A stretch of DNA of 64,000 bases. Source: Nitrospirota bacterium (GTDB lineage Bacteria; Nitrospirota; Nitrospiria; JACQBZ01). Where the stretch lies: positions 385-64,384 of the forward strand of contig JACQBZ010000035.1 in the NCBI GenBank assembly GCA_016194285.1. Direction: 5' to 3'. This document shows positions 1-9,139 of this stretch, one piece after another. The position numbers and the translations under genes were made by a program. Every line of letters begins with the position of its first letter. Position 1 is the first letter of the stretch. Below the pieces are notes generated by a model that did no database searches, was not told the origin of the DNA, and worked only from the letters and a program-made list of their open reading frames with translations.

Positions 1-2245
1 TCCACAACCGTTCATTGGAAGAACGGGGCGGCCTTTTCATGATCCGCGGCTCGGGTTTCTCCACACCCAACGCCAGGGCCGGCAGCATGTCGGTTCCCAA
101 GTCCACCGCCAGGATCTGGATGATGGTCAGCGGCAGCGGAATTTTAAAGAGAACGAAGGTCAGATAAGGAACGATCTCGGGAACGTTGGAGGTCAGGATG
201 TAGGTGAGAAATTTTTGAATATTGGAGAAAACGGCGCGGCCTTCCTCGACCGCGCCGACGATGCTCGCAAAGTTATCGTCCATCAGGATCATGTCGGAGG
301 CTTCTCGGGCCACGTCCGTGCCCGTGATTCCCATCGCAATACCGATATCGGCCATTTTGAGCGCCGGCGCGTCGTTCACGCCGTCCCCCGTCACGGCCAC
401 GATTTCTTTCTTGCGCTTCAAGGCGTTGACGATGCGCATCTTCTGATCCGCGCCGACCCGGGCGAAGAGAATTTCCGGAGCATCCAGCGCGAGCTGGAGC
501 TCGGTGTCGGAAAATCGTCGGAGTTGATCGCCCGTGATGATCACGGGCGCTCGGGATTTCATCAGCCCGATCTCGCGGGCGATCGCCCGGGCGGTCTGGG
601 GATGGTCTCCGGTCACCATGATCACTTTGATGCCGGCCTCTTTGCATTTCTGAATCGCCCCGGGAACCTCAGGCCTGGGAGGGTCTTCCAATCCCACCAA
701 CCCGGTCAGGATCATGTCCTCCTCCAGATGCAGACGGTCACACCCTTCCGAAACGGGACGGTAGGCGAAAGCCAGTACCCTCAATCCATCCGCCGCCATC
801 GCCTCCTCGGCCCGAAGAAATTTTTCTTGAATCACCGCCGTGAGGGCTTGAACCGTTCCGCCCTGTCGGATTTGACGGCAGAGCGGGAGAAGCGCTTCCA
901 GCGCCCCTTTTGTATAAAGAACGGGACCCTCCGGGGTTCGATGGAGCGTGGACAGCCTTTTTCGATCGGAATCAAACGGGATCTCGTCCAGACGGGGATA
1001 TTCTTTTTCGATGGAAATCGCCTTTCGGGCCAACCCGACCAGCGCCACCTCCATGGGATCTCCCAGCAGCTCCTCCCGCCCATCCTTTTCGATCTTCTTT
1101 AGATTGTGGCAGAAGAGCGCTGTTTCGAAAAAGGCGCGGTGGGTGTCTCGTAGGGGCGGTTCGCGAACCGCCCCTACCTCATCGGGCCGATAAAACCGAT
1201 CATTCAGGTATAATTTTTTTGCCTCCATGCGATTCAAGGTCAGCGTGCCCGTTTTATCGGTGCAGATGACCGTGGCCGATCCCAAGGTTTCGACCGAGGG
1301 AAGGTGCCGAATCAAGGCGTTCCTTTTCGCCATGCGTTGAGATCCCATGGCCAGGGCCAGGGTCACGGTGGGCAACAGCCCCTCCGGGACATTGGCGACG
1401 ATGATACCGATCGCAAAGATAAAGTTCTGCCAGAAGGAGAGGCCCAGCGATTGCCCGATAAAGAAAAAGACCACACCCAGTCCGGTGGCCAGAAGGGCCA
1501 CCATGCGGCTCAAACGAATGATCTCCTTTTGGAGCGGAGAGAGGGTTTCGCGCTCGGTCTGGGTGAGGTGAGCGATTCGTCCGAACTCCGTTTGCATCCC
1601 GGTGGCGAAAACCAGGGCCCGGGCCTGACCCGAGACCATCGAGGTTCCGGCCAGAAGGATGTTTTTGCTCTGAATCAATTCCTCCCGCTCGCTCGGATGC
1701 GCATCCCGCGCCTTGGGCAAAGACTCCCCGGTCACGGTGGCATTATTCACCCGCACTCCGAAGCCCTGGATCAATCGGCAGTCGGCCGGAATGTGATCCC
1801 CTTCCTCCAGATCGACCACATCACCGGGAACCAGTTCCTCGGAGGGCGTCGGCACCACTTTGCCGTCTCGGAGCACCTTCACCTGACGCGGGAGGAGATT
1901 CTGAAGCGCCGCGATCGCCTGTTCGGCCCGGTATTCCTGCCAGAATGAGAACAGTCCGTTGATCAGGATCACGCCCAGGATCGCCAGACCCAACGTGACC
2001 ATTCCTTTTCCCGGATCATTCCATTCGGCCCAAAAAGCCAGTCCGGCGGCAACCCAGAGGATCAGTGCAAAGAAATGGGCGAACCCCTTCAAGAACCGAA
2101 GGACCAGGGATTCTTCTCGAATCCGTTCGACCCGGTTCGGGCCGAACTCCGACCGTCTTCGGCCGGCTTCCGCGACGGGAAGTCCTTCGGGGCCGCTGTG
2201 GAGGCTCTTGAGCGCCTCGTCGACTGTGAGATGATGAATCTTCAT
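1..2245 (-). CDS. Cation-transporting P-type ATPase (type II, PEGL class), first ~748 codons; C-terminus lies left of the window
   Basis: Absent from ORF track (edge-truncated). Manual minus-strand translation from ATG at 2243-2245 gives MKIHHLTVDEALKSL..., VANVPEGLLPTVT (TM4), ICTDKTGTLT phosphorylation site (~1240-1270), [12 protein letters not shown] hinge and MKRPPRS near base 40. Frame is open to base 1. Confidence 0.9.
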   Translation of the reverse strand, partial: MKIHHLTVDEALKSLHSGPEGLPVAEAGRRRSEFGPNRVERIREESLVLRFLKGFAHFFALILWVAAGLAFWAEWNDPGKGMVTLGLAILGVILINGLFSFWQEYRAEQAIAALQNLLPRQVKVLRDGKVVPTPSEELVPGDVVDLEEGDHIPADCRLIQGFGVRVNNATVTGESLPKARDAHPSEREELIQSKNILLAGTSMVSGQARALVFATGMQTEFGRIAHLTQTERETLSPLQKEIIRLSRMVALLATGLGVVFFFIGQSLGLSFWQNFIFAIGIIVANVPEGLLPTVTLALAMGSQRMAKRNALIRHLPSVETLGSATVICTDKTGTLTLNRMEAKKLYLNDRFYRPDEVGAVREPPLRDTHRAFFETALFCHNLKKIEKDGREELLGDPMEVALVGLARKAISIEKEYPRLDEIPFDSDRKRLSTLHRTPEGPVLYTKGALEALLPLCRQIRQGGTVQALTAVIQEKFLRAEEAMAADGLRVLAFAYRPVSEGCDRLHLEEDMILTGLVGLEDPPRPEVPGAIQKCKEAGIKVIMVTGDHPQTARAIAREIGLMKSRAPVIITGDQLRRFSDTELQLALDAPEILFARVGADQKMRIVNALKRKKEIVAVTGDGVNDAPALKMADIGIAMGITGTDVAREASDMILMDDNFASIVGAVEEGRAVFSNIQKFLTYILTSNVPEIVPYLTFVLFKIPLPLTIIQILAVDLGTDMLPALALGVEKPEPRIMKRPPRSSNERLW
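1151..1176. repeat. Perfect 26-bp palindrome TAGGGGCGGTTCG/CGAACCGCCCCTA inside the ATPase coding sequence
   Basis: Read directly. The two 13-nt halves are exact reverse complements. Encodes ..EVGAVREPPLR.. on the minus strand. The TAGGGGC...GCCCCTA stem matches the first hairpin of the ~90-nt repeat family. Confidence 0.9.
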
Positions 2246-2250
2246 AGATA

Positions 2251-2273
2251 CCCAGCGAGCAAAGCGAGCGAGA
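2251..2273. repeat. 23-nt fragment of the ~90-nt repeat family (CCCAGCGAGCAAAGCGAGCGAGA)
   Basis: Matches CCCAGCGAGCAACGCGAGCGAGA of the copy at 61774-61866. Lies in the 30-nt gap between the hyhL stop and the ATPase start. Confidence 0.6.
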
Positions 2274-2275
2274 CG

Positions 2276-3565
2276 TCATTCCCGGTCATAGTGGAGCCGT
2301 AGAAAATGTGTTGCGCATGAAATGCACGGATCATAATTGCGTATGGTTTGTTCGCACTGCAGTCCCAATTTTTCCTTGGGCAGATTGATATTCGCCTGCA
2401 CAAACCGCCGCAGATCATCCTCGATCATCTTCTGATTCTGGGACGTCGGCGGGACGATCTTCGCCTCCTGAATCACGCCCGCGTCATCCACGCGGTAGCG
2501 ATGATAGAGGATACCCCGCGGGGCTTCGGTGCAACCGTAACCGGTTCCCGCACGGGGCCGGATCGGAACGGCGGGCCGGGTCGGCCTCTCATAGCCGTCG
2601 ATGATCCGAATCGCCTCGTCGCACGCCTGGAGGATCTCGACGCTCCGGACGACGATACTGCGAAACGGATTGCGGCAGACGGCGGAAAGGCCGGCCGCGC
2701 GGGCCGCCTCCTGCGCAATCGGCGAGAGCCGGTCGAAGTTCAGGCTGTAGCGTGCGATCGGGCCGACCAGGTAAGCGCCCCGGTTCTTAAAGCGGGAATG
2801 CAAGGCGTGGCTGTGCGGAATCTGTTCTTCGACGAAGGAATCCTCGTACTCGCGCACCGAGATGTTCAAACCCCGGTTCGAGATCAGACGACCTTCATTA
2901 AAGGGATACTCAAAGGGATGACGAAGCCCGACGAATTCATAGTCCTGGTCAAACTCCGGAACCGGCAGCGTGGCCGTCCAGCGAACCGTCTCCAGCGCCG
3001 CCTCCCGCGCCCACCGGAGCCGCTCGGCCACCGGAGCGAGCTCGCTTTTGGTCGGCACCTTGTAGAAACCCCCGACACGCACGTTGATGGGATGAACCTC
3101 CCGCCCGCCCATCAAGCGGATAATCTCGTTCCCGGCCTTCTTGAGTTGAAGTCCACGCTCAACGATCCCGGGATGGTCTTTCGCCATCCGGAGGGCATCG
3201 GCATATCCCAGATAATCCGGCGCGTGAAGCAGGTACACATGAAGCGTATGGCTTTCGATCCATTCGCCGCAATAGATCAGACGGCGAAGCGCCCGGAGCG
3301 GGCCGTCCACCTCGACGCCGAAGGCGTTCTCCATTGCATGCACCGCGCTCATCTGGTAGGCGACGGGACAGATGCCGCAGATCCGCGCGGTGATGTCCGG
3401 CGCCTCGCCGAAGGCCCGCCCTCGCAACAGCGCCTCAAAAAAGCGCGGCGGCTCGAAGATCTCCAGCCGGACGTCCACGACCGCGTCGCCCTTGATCTTC
3501 ACAAAAAGCGCGCCCTCGCCCTCGATCCGTGCGAGATTACTGATCTTGATCGTTTTGTCTTTCAT
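2276..3565 (-). CDS. hyhL: [NiFe] hydrogenase large (alpha) subunit, group 3b (sulfhydrogenase/NAD(P)-linked type)
   Basis: N-terminal [10 protein letters not shown] and C-terminal DPCISCATH Ni-Fe ligand motifs. Last gene of a beta-gamma-delta-alpha array. Start set at [18 protein letters not shown] (ORF track start is 3598). Confidence 0.9.
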   Translation of the reverse strand: MKDKTIKISNLARIEGEGALFVKIKGDAVVDVRLEIFEPPRFFEALLRGRAFGEAPDITARICGICPVAYQMSAVHAMENAFGVEVDGPLRALRRLIYCGEWIESHTLHVYLLHAPDYLGYADALRMAKDHPGIVERGLQLKKAGNEIIRLMGGREVHPINVRVGGFYKVPTKSELAPVAERLRWAREAALETVRWTATLPVPEFDQDYEFVGLRHPFEYPFNEGRLISNRGLNISVREYEDSFVEEQIPHSHALHSRFKNRGAYLVGPIARYSLNFDRLSPIAQEAARAAGLSAVCRNPFRSIVVRSVEILQACDEAIRIIDGYERPTRPAVPIRPRAGTGYGCTEAPRGILYHRYRVDDAGVIQEAKIVPPTSQNQKMIEDDLRRFVQANINLPKEKLGLQCEQTIRNYDPCISCATHFLRLHYDRE

Positions 3566-4334
3566 GGGCCTCGCTCTCTTTACGAAACGCCTCGGCAAAG
3601 GCGTTCACCCCGCGGAAGACCCGCACGAGATCCTGCTCCCCCACACCGAGGCGGCCCCACCACCGGCTTAAGGAAGACGTGTTGGGCGTTTCCTTCGGGC
3701 CGAAGCAGCCGTAACAGCCGCGGTCGTACGACGGGCAGATTGCGCCGCAGCCGGCATGGGTGACGGGTCCGAGACACGGCGTGCCGTGCGCCACCATCAC
3801 ACAGACGTTCCCGCGGAGTTTGCACTCGACGCAGACGCTGTGGGACAGCGTGTTCGGCTTGCGGCCGTGTAGGAAGGCGCTGATCACCTCCACCAACTGC
3901 CGTTTGTCGATGGGACAGCCTTGAAGCTCGAAATCAACGGAAACGTGATCCGCGATCGGCGTCGAGGTGTTGAGCGTCTGGATATACTCCGGACGGGCAT
4001 AGACGATCGAAATAAACTCTTTGACATCCTGAAAATTGCGAAGGGCCTGAATGCCGCCGGCGGTCGCGCACGCGCCGATCGTGACCAGAAATTTCGAGGC
4101 GCGCCGGACCTCCTGGATGCGCACGGCGTCACTCGGCGTGGTGATTGATCCCTCCACCAACGAAAGGTCATAGGGACCCTTCACCACCGCGCGCGACGCC
4201 TCCAAAAAATGGGCGATCTGGACCCGGTCGGCGATCTTCAGCAACTCGTCTTCGCAATCCAGAAGACTCAACTGACAGCCGTCGCAGGAGGCGAATTTCC
4301 AGACGGCCATTTTCGGCTTGCGGCCCTGGCCCAT
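3537..4334 (-). CDS. hyhS: [NiFe] hydrogenase small (delta) subunit, group 3b
   Basis: [24 protein letters not shown] plus later Cys clusters ([25 protein letters not shown]), typical of NuoB-like 3b small subunits. No Tat signal. Confidence 0.88.
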   Translation of the reverse strand: MGQGRKPKMAVWKFASCDGCQLSLLDCEDELLKIADRVQIAHFLEASRAVVKGPYDLSLVEGSITTPSDAVRIQEVRRASKFLVTIGACATAGGIQALRNFQDVKEFISIVYARPEYIQTLNTSTPIADHVSVDFELQGCPIDKRQLVEVISAFLHGRKPNTLSHSVCVECKLRGNVCVMVAHGTPCLGPVTHAGCGAICPSYDRGCYGCFGPKETPNTSSLSRWWGRLGVGEQDLVRVFRGVNAFAEAFRKESEAHERQNDQDQ

Positions 4335-5165
4335 TTACAGTTCGTCCTTTCCGAACCATTCCTGGATTTGATCAAAGCGGAGCACCGGACCGTCCTTGCA
4401 GATGAACCGTGGACCGTATTGACAATGTCCGCAGAAACCGATCGCGCATTTCATATTCCGCTCCAGCGAGAGGTAGATCCGATCCGCGGGCACTCCTTGG
4501 GCCCGGAGGTCCCGCACGGCGCTTTTCATCATGCCCTCCGGACCGCACATCATCACCGCGCTCTTCCGGGCGTCGATCCGGACCTGACGGAAGAGATTCG
4601 TGACGACGCCGACCTTGTATTTCCATTCCCGATCCGGATGGTCCACGGTGAGGTACACCTCCGTATCCGGGTGTTTCTGCCAGGCGCGAAACCGCGCGCG
4701 ATAGAGCAGGTCCTTCGGCGTCTTGACCCCGTGGAAGATCTTAAGGCGGCCGTAGCGGTCGCGCCGGTGGGCGACATAGTTGATCACCGAAACGACGGGG
4801 GCGCAGCCCAGTCCGCCCGTGACGATCACCACATCCATGCCCCGCGCCTCTTCCAGGGGCCACCAGCTCCCGTACGGTCCACGAAGTCCCACCGTATCGC
4901 CTTCTTTCAATCCGACGAGGGCGGCGGTCATTTTTCCGACGACGCGGATCGTGTGATCCAGAAATCCGGACTCGTCCGGGTCCGACACAATCGAGATCGG
5001 AACTTCACCCGTCCCGAAGACGTAGATCATGTTGAACTGGCCGGGCCGGAACCGATAGGCGCGCCGGATCGCTTCATCCCGAATCCGGAGCCGCAAGGTA
5101 TGGACCCGCAGGGCCTCCCGGCGCTTCTCGATCACCTCCGCCGGATAGGGAATCCAGGGATTCAT
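4335..5165 (-). CDS. hyhG: Group 3b hydrogenase gamma subunit (FAD/NAD(P)-binding, C-terminal 2Fe-2S)
   Basis: Ferredoxin-reductase-like fold motifs (RPGQF, GTGEVPISI, VIVTGGLGCAP) and C-terminal CAIGFCGHCQYG cluster. ATGA overlap with hyhB. Confidence 0.85.
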   Translation of the reverse strand: MNPWIPYPAEVIEKRREALRVHTLRLRIRDEAIRRAYRFRPGQFNMIYVFGTGEVPISIVSDPDESGFLDHTIRVVGKMTAALVGLKEGDTVGLRGPYGSWWPLEEARGMDVVIVTGGLGCAPVVSVINYVAHRRDRYGRLKIFHGVKTPKDLLYRARFRAWQKHPDTEVYLTVDHPDREWKYKVGVVTNLFRQVRIDARKSAVMMCGPEGMMKSAVRDLRAQGVPADRIYLSLERNMKCAIGFCGHCQYGPRFICKDGPVLRFDQIQEWFGKDEL

Positions 5166-6286
5166 TTTTCCGTCTCCCGGATGGCGCGGACCTCCTCGGT
5201 GATGTCAATCCCGACGGGACACCATGTGATGCAGCGCCCGCAGCCCACGCAGCCCGATGTGCCGAACTGATCGATCCAGGTGGCCAGCTTGTGCGTCATC
5301 CATTGGCGGTAGCGGGACTTCACCGAGGACCGGACGGTCCCGCCGTGAATGTAGGAAAAGTCCATCGTGAAGCAGGAGTCCCACTTCCGCCACCGTTCGG
5401 CGTGTTCGCCCGTCAGGTCCGTGACATCTTCCACGGTGGAACAGAAACAGGTCGGGCAGACCATCGTACAGTTGGCGCAGGTCAGGCAACGCGTCGCGAC
5501 CTCATCCCATCTCGGATGTTCAAAATTCCGATAAAGGAGATTTTTAATGTCGGTCGTGTCCAGCGTCCGACCCATTTGCGAAGCCGTTTTTTCCACGACG
5601 CGCTCCGCCGCCGCGTTCTCCTGTTCGGTCGCCTCCGTGTGCGGAACATCGCGAAGAACCTCGGCCCCGCGGTCCGTGCCGACCTCCACCACGAAGTAGT
5701 GCCGATCGGCCCCGATAGCCAGCCGGGCAGGCTCCAGAACCTCGGTCAGGACCAGATCATAACCGGCCGTCGCCTTGGGTCCTGTATTCATCGAGACGCA
5801 GAAACAGGTTCCGCCGGCCTGACCGCAGTTGACCGCAATGATAAAGAGATCTTTTCGCTGCGTCGGGTAAGAGGAATCCGGGGCGGGGCCGCTGATAAAA
5901 ACCTTATCCTGAATCGCGATCGCGTGCAGCTCGCATGAGCGGACGCCGATGAACGCCCACTTGGGCGGTTTCTCTTCCTCCGGAATGATCCGAAACCCTT
6001 CCCCTTCGCGCCGGGCCTGCCATAGACGCTGGACCGGTTGAAACAGAAATTTTTTCCAGGAGCGCGGTCCGACGGCGTAACCGAAAAGGGCCTCGTCGGC
6101 GCGTTTCTTCACCCGATAACGGCCCCCTTCCTGCTCGTCCGTCCATCCGACCGGGAGATCGGCCGTCGAGGCCAAGGCATCATAGACGATCGCACCGTCA
6201 TGAAGGGTTGGACCGACCAGATTGAACCCCCGACGCTTCAAGGCGTCAAAAAGGAGATCCAGAGAATTTCGATCCAGGATCGGCAT
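5162..6286 (-). CDS. hyhB: Group 3b hydrogenase beta subunit (4Fe-4S dicluster)
   Basis: CLTCANCTMVCPTCFC and CVGCGRCITWCPVGID ferredoxin-type motifs. First gene of the hyhBGSL array. Confidence 0.85.
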   Translation of the reverse strand: MPILDRNSLDLLFDALKRRGFNLVGPTLHDGAIVYDALASTADLPVGWTDEQEGGRYRVKKRADEALFGYAVGPRSWKKFLFQPVQRLWQARREGEGFRIIPEEEKPPKWAFIGVRSCELHAIAIQDKVFISGPAPDSSYPTQRKDLFIIAVNCGQAGGTCFCVSMNTGPKATAGYDLVLTEVLEPARLAIGADRHYFVVEVGTDRGAEVLRDVPHTEATEQENAAAERVVEKTASQMGRTLDTTDIKNLLYRNFEHPRWDEVATRCLTCANCTMVCPTCFCSTVEDVTDLTGEHAERWRKWDSCFTMDFSYIHGGTVRSSVKSRYRQWMTHKLATWIDQFGTSGCVGCGRCITWCPVGIDITEEVRAIRETEK

Positions 6287-6289
6287 GGC

Positions 6290-6922
6290 TCAGTGGCCGT
6301 GGGGATCGCCGCCTTTGGGATTCTGTTCGGTCGCCGGCGGGCCCGGCGCCGCCTTGGGCGCTTTTGGGTACATTGGCTTTTCCTTTTCTCCCGGCGATCC
6401 CATCATCGGTTCCATCGGGTGACCCATGCCGTGGCCCATCTTCATCTCCATCTCTTGAAGCTGCTGACGTTGTTCCGGCGTCAGGACCGCCTTGATCTGC
6501 TGCTGGAGTTGAAGATGGCTGATCTCCAGATCGGCCATCGCCTCGTACTTTTCCTTCGTCTTCGCCTTGACCTTCTCCAAATTGACCGGGTCGGCCATCA
6601 GGAGCTCTTCGATTTCCACCCCGGCCATCCGGATCCTTCCGAAAAGGGGGATCGCCTCCTTTTGATGCTGAATCCGGAGGGTCTGGATCTTCTTCCGCTG
6701 CTCCGGCGTCAGGTCCAGATGATTGATCGCCATCATCGTCCTCATCATGCCCCTCATGCCGCCGTCCATCCCCATCCCTTCATGCATGCCCATGCCCTCG
6801 TGCATGCCCATTTCGTCGCCGCGCATTTCCTCGCCCGGCATCCCGTGCATCTGAGCCGGGACGGCCGACGGGGCCAGCATGAACACCAAACTGCAAACGA
6901 CCAAGATCAATCTTCGATGCAT
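6290..6922 (-). CDS. Periplasmic Spy/CpxP/ZraP-family protein with Met/His-rich termini (metal-stress chaperone-like)
   Basis: Signal peptide. Two LTPEQR(K/Q) LTxxQ motifs. N-terminal MHGMPGEEMRGDEMGMHEGMGMHEGMGMDGGM and C-terminal MEMKMGHGMGHPMEPMM tracts. Confidence 0.75.
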   Translation of the reverse strand: MHRRLILVVCSLVFMLAPSAVPAQMHGMPGEEMRGDEMGMHEGMGMHEGMGMDGGMRGMMRTMMAINHLDLTPEQRKKIQTLRIQHQKEAIPLFGRIRMAGVEIEELLMADPVNLEKVKAKTKEKYEAMADLEISHLQLQQQIKAVLTPEQRQQLQEMEMKMGHGMGHPMEPMMGSPGEKEKPMYPKAPKAAPGPPATEQNPKGGDPHGH

Positions 6923-6955
6923 TTTTCCTCCTTTGGGATATCTTCCTATTATAAG

Positions 6956-8671
6956 CTACCGGCCGGGTCCCTGGCGCAATCGAATAAAGAACCAGGCCAG
7001 CAAGACGACAAACAACGGAACCGCCAGGGCGCTGAGCGAGAAGCCCAGAATCGTTCTCGTGCCCTCCAGATAAAGAAGCCCGAGCATTCCGAAGAAGACG
7101 GCCGTCAGGACGATCCCCAGAATCCTCAGATCGTTCTGCCGGTCGAATTCCCGCTCGATCTCTTTCAAGTCGCCCGCATCGAATTTAATTCCGATCTCCC
7201 CCCGCTCCAGCTTTGTCAGCACGCCCTGAACCCGATCGGGTAGATCCTGGATGAATCCCAAGTAGTCCAGAATATCCGCTTCCAATGTCTGGAGCGTTTT
7301 TGCGGGGCTGAAATGCTTCCACATGGCCTTTTTCACAAAAGGTTCCAGCTCCCGATTAAAATCAAACTCCGGGTACAACATCAAACCCATGGACTCGGTC
7401 GTCACCAGCGCCTTGCCGAACAACGCGAGATCTCCCGGAAATCGGATGCCGTTCTGCGCCCCCCGGTTGATCACGCGGAAGAAGGCCCAGGCCACGCTCG
7501 GCCGGCGCTCCGAGAAGAAAAATTCGCTCAGGATGCCGGCCACGTCTTTTTCAAAACTGCCGACATCGCTCTTTTCATCGATCAAGGCCATATGCAGGAT
7601 GTGTTTGATGAACCCGTCGACGTCCTTGTTGACAAACGAGACAAGACAGCTCAGGAGTTCTTTGCGCGTTCTTTGATCGAGGTATCCGACCATCCCGAAA
7701 TCGTGAAGGCAGAGCCGACCGTCCGGCATGGCGAAAAAATTTCCGGGATGGGGGTCGGCATGGAAAAAGCCCGATATAAAAAATTGGTGAAAGAGGGCGT
7801 CCACGCCGATCGAGGCCAATTGCTTCCGGTCCAATCCAAGCGCCCCGATCTGGCCCAGGTCATTGGCTTTCACTCCATGCGAAAACTCCATGGTAATGAC
7901 CCGGGGCGTCGTAAAATCCCAGAATATTTTCGGAATGTAAATTTGCGGGTTTTCTTTAAAGATAAAGGCAAACCGTTCCGCGTTGTGGCCTTCGACTCCG
8001 AAATCGAGTTCCCGCAGGGTCCAGTCGGCAAATTCCCTGACCACCCTTACCGGCTGATAGACCCGCAGTTCGGGGATAAAACGCTCCGCCAGGCCGGCTA
8101 GGTAATAAAAGATGTGGACATCCTGCTCGATCATCTTCCGGATACCCGGCCTCTGGATCTTCACGGCGACCTCGGTCCCGTCCTTCAACACGGCCCGGTG
8201 CACTTGAGCCAGTGAGGCCGCCGCCACCGGCGTCTCCTCAAACGATTTGAAAACCTCCTCGGGATATCGGCCCGTTTCCTCCTTAAAAATGCGCCGGGCT
8301 TCCTCGCCAGGGAATGGCGCGGCGTCGCTTTGAAATTTTGAAAGTTCTTCGGCCAATGCCTCACCGACCACGTCCGCCCTCAGGCTTAAGACCTGCCCCA
8401 ACTTGATAAACGTCGGGCCCAAGCGTTCCAAAACAGACCGAAGGACGTCGGGGGACAGAACCGGTCTTCCCGTTTCCATCCGGATCAGGCGCGCCTCCGA
8501 CGTCCGTCGTGTCAAGAAGCCCGAGAGCCGGGACCAAAACGGGATGAGATATTTCAGCCGGAGTTGATCGATCAGCGCACCCCCGCCCGACTCGCTGACC
8601 ACCGTCAGAATCTTCCGTAAGCGATTCAGGTCCGAGAATCCGACTCTGAAAGATCGAGCGTCTTTATTCAT
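6956..8671 (-). CDS. ABC1/UbiB-family atypical kinase with C-terminal TM helices
   Basis: [30 protein letters not shown] and HADPHPGNF motifs typical of the ABC1/AarF/UbiB family. 571 aa. Confidence 0.85.
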   Translation of the reverse strand: MNKDARSFRVGFSDLNRLRKILTVVSESGGGALIDQLRLKYLIPFWSRLSGFLTRRTSEARLIRMETGRPVLSPDVLRSVLERLGPTFIKLGQVLSLRADVVGEALAEELSKFQSDAAPFPGEEARRIFKEETGRYPEEVFKSFEETPVAAASLAQVHRAVLKDGTEVAVKIQRPGIRKMIEQDVHIFYYLAGLAERFIPELRVYQPVRVVREFADWTLRELDFGVEGHNAERFAFIFKENPQIYIPKIFWDFTTPRVITMEFSHGVKANDLGQIGALGLDRKQLASIGVDALFHQFFISGFFHADPHPGNFFAMPDGRLCLHDFGMVGYLDQRTRKELLSCLVSFVNKDVDGFIKHILHMALIDEKSDVGSFEKDVAGILSEFFFSERRPSVAWAFFRVINRGAQNGIRFPGDLALFGKALVTTESMGLMLYPEFDFNRELEPFVKKAMWKHFSPAKTLQTLEADILDYLGFIQDLPDRVQGVLTKLERGEIGIKFDAGDLKEIEREFDRQNDLRILGIVLTAVFFGMLGLLYLEGTRTILGFSLSALAVPLFVVLLAWFFIRLRQGPGR

Positions 8672-8677
8672 GGGTAT

Positions 8678-9019
8678 CTACTTCGGCGCCTCTGGCTGCA
8701 TCATCCCCTGCTGTTTCATCATGTCCTGATGCTGTTTCATCATCTGGTCCATCTGCTTCATCATCTCGCCCATCTCCTGCTTACCGCCCTTGTCTCCCAT
8801 CATGCCTTGCATGTGCTGCATCATCTTCTTCATCATCTCCATCATCTCGCCCATCTGATTCATCATCTGCATCTGACCTTGATCCGCACCTTTCATCTCC
8901 ATCTCGCCGCCCTTCATCATTCCGCCCCCCTTCATCTGGGCTGAAACCACCGGGCCGATCATCAAAACCAGAGCCAACATTACGACTGTGACCATTGCGG
9001 TATTCATGCGGATATTCAT
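8678..9019 (-). CDS. Secreted, extremely methionine-rich small protein (113 aa)
   Basis: Start moved to ATG 9019, preceded by AAAGGAGG. Signal peptide MNIRMNTAMVTVVMLALVLMIGPVVSA. The mature part is MM/MK/MQ repeats, 28 Met in 86 residues by hand count. Confidence 0.7.
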   Translation of the reverse strand: MNIRMNTAMVTVVMLALVLMIGPVVSAQMKGGGMMKGGEMEMKGADQGQMQMMNQMGEMMEMMKKMMQHMQGMMGDKGGKQEMGEMMKQMDQMMKQHQDMMKQQGMMQPEAPK

Positions 9020-9139
9020 GGTTGCCTCCTTTGGTTTCTCCGTTAAGGTTATTCTACAAATTGTCCGGTTTTTTTTAAAATTTCTCCCTTCAGACGGCCA
9101 GGCAGAAGCAGCCGGTCTGTATCCGCCCCACAATGTCTC

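Noticed and set aside
215-7243. Long plus-strand ORFs in the track (e.g. 215-1102, 1304-1948, 2348-3763, 4209-5270, 5291-5938, 6038-7243), with many similar ones across the window
   Set aside because: They lie antisense to minus-strand genes that carry unambiguous motifs. Their translations are Arg/Pro/Gly/His-rich with no recognisable domains. These are typical shadow ORFs of GC-rich DNA.
8729-8944. His/Leu-rich 71-aa plus-strand ORF (HHLVHLLHHLAHLL...) that looks like a metal-binding peptide
   Set aside because: It is the exact antisense of the Met-rich gene (ATG codons read as CAT). The minus-strand gene has a signal peptide and a strong RBS, and this ORF has neither.
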